A DNA stretch of 43,407 nucleotides from a virus (Duplodnaviria > Caudoviricetes), in IMG/VR virus record IMGVR_UViG_3300037424_001991, positions 1 through 43,407 of that record. One strand, 5' to 3'. The notes beneath the pieces are model-generated. The model saw only the letters and a list, made by a program, of their open reading frames with translations, ran no database searches and was not told where the DNA came from. This document shows positions 37,017 to 43,407 of this stretch, piece after piece (position 1 is the first letter of the stretch; each line of letters begins with the position of its first letter). Made by a program: the position numbers and the translations under genes.

Positions 37017-37107
37017 AAAAGTGCTGAGTGCGAAAAAAGTGCTGAGTGCTGAGTAAAAGAAAAGTACCTCGTACTCGGCACTCAGCACTCGGAACTCAGC
37101 ACTAAAA
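37017..37107. repeat. Inverted heptamer array (AGTGCTG / CAGCACT), second copy
   Basis: Near-identical to 31426-31495. Confidence 0.9.
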
Positions 37108-37124
37108 AAGAAAGGAGAAACACC

Positions 37125-37595
37125 ATGCCCGTAACCATCGCCCAATATTATCAGGCCGGATTGTACCGCAACGACGGCACCATCAATCTGCTCAACCCGG
37201 CCATCACCATGGCCCTGGTCAGCAAGGACTATACCCCGGATCTCGACCTGCATACCATCTGGGCCGATGTGTCCGCCAACGAGGTGGCCGCCGGAGATGG
37301 CTACACCACCGGCGGAGTGGCCCTCACCACTCTCGGCCTGGCCCGTACCGGCCCGCTCACCACCTGGGACGCCGATGACATCACATGGGCGACTCTGACT
37401 AAAATTTTCAAATATGGGGTCATCTATCTCAACGACACGGTCGGAGCCGTGGTCAAGCCCCTGATCGCCGTGGTGGACTTTGACAACAGCTCGGGCACCG
37501 CCGAAGTGACCTCCGGCGGCATCGATTTCCAGTTCATCATCGGCGCGGATGGACTGTTTGTCTTTGGCCCGGATACCGCAATCTGCGCATTATAA
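37125..37595 (+). CDS. Tail-associated structural protein
   Basis: NEV..G.GYT.GG..L, DADD.TW motifs; strong RBS. Confidence 0.65.
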   Translation: MPVTIAQYYQAGLYRNDGTINLLNPAITMALVSKDYTPDLDLHTIWADVSANEVAAGDGYTTGGVALTTLGLARTGPLTTWDADDITWATLTKIFKYGVIYLNDTVGAVVKPLIAVVDFDNSSGTAEVTSGGIDFQFIIGADGLFVFGPDTAICAL

Positions 37596-37604
37596 GGTGA
37601 GGCG

Positions 37605-38804
37605 ATGCCAAGCAATCTCAGCAGCATGATAGCCGACCGGGTGGCGGAAACCACCACCACAACAGGCACCGGCACCGTTACCCTGGCCGGGGCAAAACCT
37701 GGATACAGGTCTTTTTCCGATGCCTGGGGCGGCGTCAGCGCCGAGGTGTATTACTGCATCACCGACGGCACCGATTTTGAGGTGGGGATGGGGACTTTCA
37801 CCAACGCCATCGACGAACTCACCCGCGCGACCGTGCTTTCCTCATCCAACTGGGGAAGCCTGGTAGACTGGACGGCCGGGGCCAAGGATATTTTCTGCAC
37901 CCTCCCCGCCGGGGTAGCAGGAAAGGCCACCGAGACATTCGAGGAGGCAATCACCGTCACCGTCGGCACTGCCGCTAATTTTTCATCCATCGGAGAGGCT
38001 ATTGCCTATCTGAGCCACCTCCAGCCCGCCTATGACCATGGCGGCATCCCGGCGACCATCGAGTTGCAGACCGGTTTTGTCATGGCCGAGCAGATTGCCG
38101 TTTCAGGCATTGACCTGGGCTGGATCACTATTACCAGTGTTGATCCCGAGGTGGAGATTGACGAGACCGCAATCACCGCAGTGTTTTTTGGCTTGACTGC
38201 ACTGATTTCAGTAAGCAGTGGCACCGGCCCTAATATCGCTTGTCTTTTTGCCAATGCTACCGGAACTGCGATTAACACCGGGATTGCCGTGATCAACGGC
38301 AGTATCCTGATCGCCCCAGGCTGCGGAGTACCGGGCTGCGCCGGGTCTGGACTCTATGTCGAGGGAACAAGCCGGGTCATGGCCAACGACTCGGTATTTA
38401 GCGGCGGAGGTATCGGTATTGAGGTCTCTGGACCATCCTTTGTTTCCGCGGACCGCGCTGATTGTTCCGGCTCTTCATACGGCATTACTGCCACCGGACC
38501 TGCTCAAGTGTCAGCCGGTAACGCGACCCTGGACGACTGCTCGATCTCGGCCTGCCACGCCGAAATTTCGGCACAGGTTGACATCAACGGAGCCACTGCC
38601 ATAGGCGCTGGCGGCGATGCCGTGACCGCATCCGAGGGTGCCAGGATCAGCGCCGTCGGTGCCGTCCTTACCGGCGCCACCGGCACCGCCGTAGTGGTAA
38701 GCTCCGGCGGGATTGTCGTTGCCAACGGCACAGGTACCGTCACCCTGTCGCAAACCGAAAATACCATCACCGCAGCCGGCATCATTTTCCGCGAGGTCGT
38801 GTAG
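37605..38804 (+). CDS. Tail fibre/spike protein with beta-helix-like repeats
   Basis: ADRVAETTTTTGTG.TLAGA N-terminus; Gly/Ala/Ser-rich repeats. Confidence 0.7.
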   Translation: MPSNLSSMIADRVAETTTTTGTGTVTLAGAKPGYRSFSDAWGGVSAEVYYCITDGTDFEVGMGTFTNAIDELTRATVLSSSNWGSLVDWTAGAKDIFCTLPAGVAGKATETFEEAITVTVGTAANFSSIGEAIAYLSHLQPAYDHGGIPATIELQTGFVMAEQIAVSGIDLGWITITSVDPEVEIDETAITAVFFGLTALISVSSGTGPNIACLFANATGTAINTGIAVINGSILIAPGCGVPGCAGSGLYVEGTSRVMANDSVFSGGGIGIEVSGPSFVSADRADCSGSSYGITATGPAQVSAGNATLDDCSISACHAEISAQVDINGATAIGAGGDAVTASEGARISAVGAVLTGATGTAVVVSSGGIVVANGTGTVTLSQTENTITAAGIIFREVV

Positions 38805-39713
38805 GTGCTCGGTCTCCATCCTATATCCGGGGAGCCCGTCTCCTCACTGGGGGGAGACGCCGCTCTTTCCTTGGGGCTCACAGCCGCGGCAAGATTGCCC
38901 TGGCTGGCAGGCAGTCCTGCAACAAACCTTCCCATCCAAATCACCACCCCGACCGCTCGGGCGCCATGGCTGGCAGGCAGTCAATCTGCTGCCCTCTCCG
39001 CCACCTCATCTATCCCGGCGCTCAGCGGCTGGATATCCGGAGAGCCATCATTCGCACATGGCGGCGCCCTCTTATCCGCCCCGGATATCCTCGGCTGGCG
39101 GTACGGCTCCCCATCATGGGCCTGGCGGATGGCCCCGAACCGCCCCCGCCAGGAAATCCACATCTGCATCCTCACCGGAGGCCATGTGGGCCTGTCGGAC
39201 ATCGAGCTTCCCATCTCCTCCTGGCAGGCCCGGCTCAGAAACGGGGATCCGACCTATGTCTCGGCCATCGTCCCAAACGCCCTGGCCTATGCGGAGGCGA
39301 TCATCGCCCGCACCGGCGGGCAGCTCAAGATATACAAGGGCTATCAATTTATCGATCTGCAAGGAGGCAGGTTCCTTGCCCTGGTGGCGGAGACCGGGCT
39401 TACAAGTATCCGGCACGACACCGGCCCCAGATCCAGCTCCGTCACTCTGGTCGGTTACGCCAACATCACCAACGCAGCCCCGAAAACCGTGGCCTACGAT
39501 GCTCTGACCTACGGGTCGCTGCAGGCGGATGGCAAACGCCGGTGGCGGACCGGCCTCAAACTCAACATCGCCGAGGCCATGGCGGGAGACACCTGGACGT
39601 TTATCGCTAAGCCGGGAGACACCGTGACCTACCAGGAAGAATCCATGGTGGTAGGGTTCATCTCCCTTGCCGTTTCCGACACGTTTGAGCTGGTCGAGCT
39701 GGTGGAGGCCTGA
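38805..39713 (+). CDS. Minor tail protein
   Basis: MLG..PIS..P.S start; located in the tail cluster. Confidence 0.6.
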   Translation: MLGLHPISGEPVSSLGGDAALSLGLTAAARLPWLAGSPATNLPIQITTPTARAPWLAGSQSAALSATSSIPALSGWISGEPSFAHGGALLSAPDILGWRYGSPSWAWRMAPNRPRQEIHICILTGGHVGLSDIELPISSWQARLRNGDPTYVSAIVPNALAYAEAIIARTGGQLKIYKGYQFIDLQGGRFLALVAETGLTSIRHDTGPRSSSVTLVGYANITNAAPKTVAYDALTYGSLQADGKRRWRTGLKLNIAEAMAGDTWTFIAKPGDTVTYQEESMVVGFISLAVSDTFELVELVEA

Positions 39714-39716
39714 GCG

Positions 39717-41288
39717 ATGGGCAAAGCGCAGATAATGGCCAGCCTTGGCGAAGGGCTGTACCAGGCCAGGATTACCTACAATACCACCCTTCCGGCCGTT
39801 AGAAAGGCCGCGCTTGAGGCCTGCAAGCCTGCTCTTGAGCAGCAGCTTGCCGCTGCGACAACAGCCCGGCAGACGGCAGAGACGGATGTTGTCGCAGCGC
39901 AGGCAGAACTGAACCTGCTCATCGAGCAACTGGCGGCCGCCACCCCGGAGGAGGCCCCGGCCATCCGCGATGCCATCGTGGAAAAACAGGCGGCTGCCAA
40001 AATACCCGGCGAGATCCTGGGAGCCGCCCGCCGGAAAGAATCCAGTCTCACCCTGGCCCTGGTCCAGGTGGATATGGAGATTGTCCGCCTCGATGCGGTG
40101 CTGGCGACTGAAGACACCAGGAATATCTGGTGCGCCGATTATTCCAACACCCTCACCGGCCAGGTGGACACCATCGAGATCAACGGCGAGCCCGGCCAGA
40201 TTCTAATAGCTCCGGGAGGCTCAGGAGAGGCCTCTGCCCTGCTAACCGGGGCCGAGGCCATGAGCACCGCCAACTGGGCCAGAAACTTCGCCTTGCACCC
40301 CTATTGGCAGAAATGGAAGCCCACCTACCGCACCGGACTAATCCTCTCCATCTCGGGAGATACCTGCACAGTATCCCTGGATCCGGCCGAGAGCAGCTAC
40401 CAGGCTCTGGATATCAACCAGCAAGCTATTCTCGGCGGCGTGCCGATCCAGTACCTGGAGTGCAACGGCCTGGCCTTCGAGGTCGGCGATGGGGTGGTGG
40501 TCCGGTTTACAGGCCAAAACTGGAGCAGCCCGGTGGTGGTCGGATTCGCGCACAACCCGGAAGTGTGTTGCCCTGATATCCTCTCAATCCAGTACACCAC
40601 GTTCAACATGTTTCTGGGAGAAGCACAGGAACTTTCGCTGGCCGAAGACACGAGTCATTCCTGCCCGGTATACTGGTCGATCTTCCAATACCCGCAACCG
40701 GCGGACTGGGCAAACCCGACCCCCGCCGAACTGATCGCCGCTGCAACCGGTGACGGGACCCGTGGCACCCTGACCAACCTGGACGGCTCCCCGCTTAATG
40801 CTTCGACCCCGGTAGTGCTCTATACCGCGCCTAGTGCCTGGATCAGCTGCGATGCGTCTCAGGCAACGGTCCAGGCCCACGGGTTCGGCCAAACTGACGA
40901 AATGACGATGCATGTGAGCGATGCAGTCAACGCGACTGGTGCCGTCCAATGGAGTATTGGCGCTGGTTTTACCGCTCAATATGGATTTGGTAGTTTAGGA
41001 GGCCCACCATGCCCCGGGTATACCTGTTACGTTTATGGAAATATCTACAATCATCGTATTTATTGTTCTTCCGGCGAGCAATGGGAACAATACTCCCCCG
41101 GCGGCGGTGCCGCCTTCTATTTGCCCGGTTATTGCGCCTCGCAATGTATCTTAGGTACCTCAGTTGACCCCAGCACTCCCGGTATTCCATCGTCTGCATG
41201 GCAGTCTTTTCCTGGCGCTTTGCAAATGAATCCCCCGAATGATCCGATGGACCCCCCCTCGGTTACATGCTGTATGGTGCCAGAATAG
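39717..41288 (+). CDS. Tail tip/hub-like protein with Cys-rich, lower-GC C-terminus
   Basis: Coiled coil, WCADY, WQKWKPTYR.G, Y..CNG.AF.VGD.VVV.F. Confidence 0.7.
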   Translation: MGKAQIMASLGEGLYQARITYNTTLPAVRKAALEACKPALEQQLAAATTARQTAETDVVAAQAELNLLIEQLAAATPEEAPAIRDAIVEKQAAAKIPGEILGAARRKESSLTLALVQVDMEIVRLDAVLATEDTRNIWCADYSNTLTGQVDTIEINGEPGQILIAPGGSGEASALLTGAEAMSTANWARNFALHPYWQKWKPTYRTGLILSISGDTCTVSLDPAESSYQALDINQQAILGGVPIQYLECNGLAFEVGDGVVVRFTGQNWSSPVVVGFAHNPEVCCPDILSIQYTTFNMFLGEAQELSLAEDTSHSCPVYWSIFQYPQPADWANPTPAELIAAATGDGTRGTLTNLDGSPLNASTPVVLYTAPSAWISCDASQATVQAHGFGQTDEMTMHVSDAVNATGAVQWSIGAGFTAQYGFGSLGGPPCPGYTCYVYGNIYNHRIYCSSGEQWEQYSPGGGAAFYLPGYCASQCILGTSVDPSTPGIPSSAWQSFPGALQMNPPNDPMDPPSVTCCMVPE

Positions 41289-41783
41289 ATGCTTGCCTCC
41301 GCCCGCACATATTGGCAAAAAGCATACCCGGGCCAGCCTTGCAACATCACCCAGGCCATGCGGGAATACGCCGCCTCAATTTTCGCCTCACCCCTGCCGA
41401 GAAAAACCGGGACTCAGTATGGCAAAACACAGGACGCCCCCCTGAAAAAATGCCGGTGCGGTGCGTTCATGCACATAACCGAATCAGACAGGCAGGATTA
41501 CGAGTCCATGCTTGTTTGTGCGGAGTGTGGGGAACGGGAATACTCGGATTTATCCGTGGCGGATTACGTGCGGGCCGTATCAGCCGCCCGCGAAGAAAAA
41601 GACTTTGCTGATGTTGATGAGATCCGCGCTCCCTACGAAATCAGGGAACAACGCCGGGCGATCTGCGCGGCCTGCGAACACATCAAGGATGGCCGGTGCA
41701 CGGCCTGCGGCTGCAGGATCAAACACCGCACCTACTACCGCATATTGGCCTGCCCAAAAGACCACTGGCCTCCGGTTGACTGA
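41289..41783 (+). CDS. Cys-rich putative metal-binding protein
   Basis: CRCG, CAEC, R..IC..C...C..CGC...CP...W. Confidence 0.7.
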   Translation: MLASARTYWQKAYPGQPCNITQAMREYAASIFASPLPRKTGTQYGKTQDAPLKKCRCGAFMHITESDRQDYESMLVCAECGEREYSDLSVADYVRAVSAAREEKDFADVDEIRAPYEIREQRRAICAACEHIKDGRCTACGCRIKHRTYYRILACPKDHWPPVD

Positions 41784-41815
41784 GTCAGAAATAAAAAAAG
41801 GAGCAAAAAAAAACA

Positions 41816-42928
41816 ATGGCAATCTACCCGGCAAAAATCACCCTCGACCCCCACACCCGAGGCGACATCTGGCTCGGCGGCATCCATTTCGGCCCGGTAA
41901 CCATCAACGGTGACCCCCCGGAAAACCCCATTGCCTCGGCCCGCCTCCAATTCCGCGACCCCCGCACCGCCAGGAAAGGGAAACGGAAAACCCTCTCTGT
42001 TTTGCGCTTTGAGCAAAACCTTGGCGCAAACCTCAGCCAGCTCCACCATGAGTTGCTGGCCGGAGAATACCGCCCGGCAGCACACCGGCAATTCTGGATT
42101 TACGAACCCAAGCCACGCCTGATTAAAGCCCCGACCTTCCGCGATGTGGTTGTCCAACACGCCATTTATGCCGTGATCAACCCGATTTTTGACCGTGGCT
42201 TTTTGCCGGACAGCTTCGGATGCCGGATCGGCAAGGGAACCCACCGGGCCAGCGACCAGGCGCAACGGTATCTCCGGCAGTCGCCGCCCGACAGCGTGAC
42301 GCTCCAGATGGATATCCGCCGTTTTTACTACCGGATCGACCGAGTGATCCTCAGGGTTTTGATCGAGAAAAAAATAAAGGACCGCAGACTGGTTGATCTG
42401 ATGATGGCCTTTGCCGAGCACGACGAGCCGCTGGGGGTTCCGATCGGCAGCTTGCTCAGTCAGCTCTATGCCCTCATCTACCTCGACCCGCTCGACCATT
42501 TCATCAAGCGGGAGATCAAGGCCAAGCGGTATGTCCGCTATGTGGACGACTTCATCGTGTTCGGCGTATCGCGGGACGAGGCAAAGGTAATCCGCCTGCG
42601 CATCGCCGCCTGGCTGGACGCTCATCTGAGTCTTGAGTTTTCCCGCTTCACGATCCATCCGGTGAAGCGGGGGATCAACTTTGTCGGTTACCGCACCTGG
42701 CGCCGGACCAAGTTTGTCCGCCGCCGAAGCATCCGCAATTTCCGCAAAAACCTGCGCCTTGGCAAGATAGCAAGCCTCATCAGCATCCTTGGCCACGCAA
42801 AGCCGACCGCCACTTATAAATATTTCACCCGCCAAATACAGGAGAACGGATATGGCAACAATCTATCGCTACCAAAAAATAACCACCCCCGGGCCAAACG
42901 GGACCACGGTGCAGCATCGCAACACTGA
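41816..42928 (+). CDS. DGR-type reverse transcriptase fused to ~50 aa of a tail-protein-like N-terminus
   Basis: ARKGKR, EPKPRLI, RDVVVQHA, SFGCR.GKGTH, DIRRFY, PIGSLLSQ (DGR signature GxxxSQ), YVRYVDD, FVGY. Confidence 0.9.
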   Translation: MAIYPAKITLDPHTRGDIWLGGIHFGPVTINGDPPENPIASARLQFRDPRTARKGKRKTLSVLRFEQNLGANLSQLHHELLAGEYRPAAHRQFWIYEPKPRLIKAPTFRDVVVQHAIYAVINPIFDRGFLPDSFGCRIGKGTHRASDQAQRYLRQSPPDSVTLQMDIRRFYYRIDRVILRVLIEKKIKDRRLVDLMMAFAEHDEPLGVPIGSLLSQLYALIYLDPLDHFIKREIKAKRYVRYVDDFIVFGVSRDEAKVIRLRIAAWLDAHLSLEFSRFTIHPVKRGINFVGYRTWRRTKFVRRRSIRNFRKNLRLGKIASLISILGHAKPTATYKYFTRQIQENGYGNNLSLPKNNHPRAKRDHGAASQH

Positions 42929-43289
42929 GGACAACGAGATCACCGAACTGGCTACCGTGGATGGCCTGACCTATATCTCGGTGCCGGACGGGGTGGTTCT
43001 GCCGGAGCAGCCTATAGCGCTGGAAGTGGTGGCCCTTGACGACACCCTGCGCTCGCAGATCAAGGCTGCATCGCCGCACTCCAGGTTGATCGGACAGCGC
43101 ATGATCGACACAATCCGTGCGGCGTACGGCATCGATGATGAGATGTATTTTGCCAGGATTGGAGTAGGGGCCGCGAACGGGCTGTATGTGCCGACCGCCT
43201 CCGAGATGGAAGAGATGGCGACGTTTGGGGCATTTGTTGAAGGCGTGCGTGAGTGGGGCCGGAGTGAGCGGGCCAAGTTGGGGCTATGA
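42852..43289 (+). CDS. Hypothetical protein downstream of RT
   Basis: AGGAG RBS; overlaps the RT 3' end. Confidence 0.7.
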   Translation: MATIYRYQKITTPGPNGTTVQHRNTEDNEITELATVDGLTYISVPDGVVLPEQPIALEVVALDDTLRSQIKAASPHSRLIGQRMIDTIRAAYGIDDEMYFARIGVGAANGLYVPTASEMEEMATFGAFVEGVREWGRSERAKLGL

Positions 43290-43319
43290 GTGTAGACCCT
43301 GCGTAGACACTTTTGTATT

Positions 43320-43352
43320 AAAAAGGGTTCTCGGAATTCACCGAAAACCCTT
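43320..43352 (-). terminator. Phage-supplied terminator for the reconstituted tRNA
   Basis: Minus strand AAGGGTTTTCGG-TGAATT-CCGAGAACCCTT followed by Ts. Confidence 0.6.
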
Positions 43353-43359
43353 GCTACCA

Positions 43360-43407
43360 TGGAGCCAACGAGCGGAGTCGAACCGCTGACCTACTGATTA
43401 CGAATCA
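43360..43407 (-). tRNA. tRNA-Thr(CGT), 3' part (right att site; 5' part presumably outside the window)
   Basis: Anticodon arm TGA-TTCGTAA-TCA, T arm AGCGG-TTCGACT-CCGCT, acceptor strand and CCA. Confidence 0.88.

Larger units (their letters stand above)
313..43407. mobile_element. Complete prophage (lambda-like siphovirus organisation) integrated in tRNA-Thr(CGT)
   Basis: Bounded by att repeats; carries integrase, repressor, replication, terminase, portal, protease, capsid, tail, tape measure and lysis genes; no sheath gene seen. Confidence 0.96.

Noticed and set aside
41816-42928. Group II intron or retron
   Set aside because: It has the DGR-type GxxxSQ signature and YVDD; no maturase domain, intron domain V or msr/msd structure was recognised.

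Overview
This window holds a complete ~43 kb temperate, lambda-like (non-contractile tail) prophage integrated into a tRNA-Thr(CGT) gene. It is bounded by 48-bp att repeats at 313-360 and 43360-43407, with a host cold-shock gene to the left. The host is probably deltaproteobacterial, but that is only an inference. Modules in order: integrase and lysogeny cargo, immunity switch, early and replication genes (D5-type helicase, zinc-finger primase), DNA-modification genes, packaging, head, tail, a lysis cassette inside the tail operon, tail-tip genes and a DGR-type reverse transcriptase. The standout feature is a complete integron inserted exactly between terS and terL. It has an intact intI, an attI site, four attC sites and four cassettes, one exactly duplicated at the attI-proximal position. 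Every cassette gene is inverted relative to its attC, so the genes run with the phage operon, and the integron ends are joined to terS and terL by overlapping start/stop codons. Other oddities: a DGR RT fused in frame to a tail-gene N-terminus with no TR, avd or VR visible; an exact 185-bp piece of the integrase spliced into a Gp37/Gp68 gene; a ferredoxin in the lysis cassette; and compensatory T-arm changes between the att copies. All family calls come from motif recognition by eye, not from database searches.
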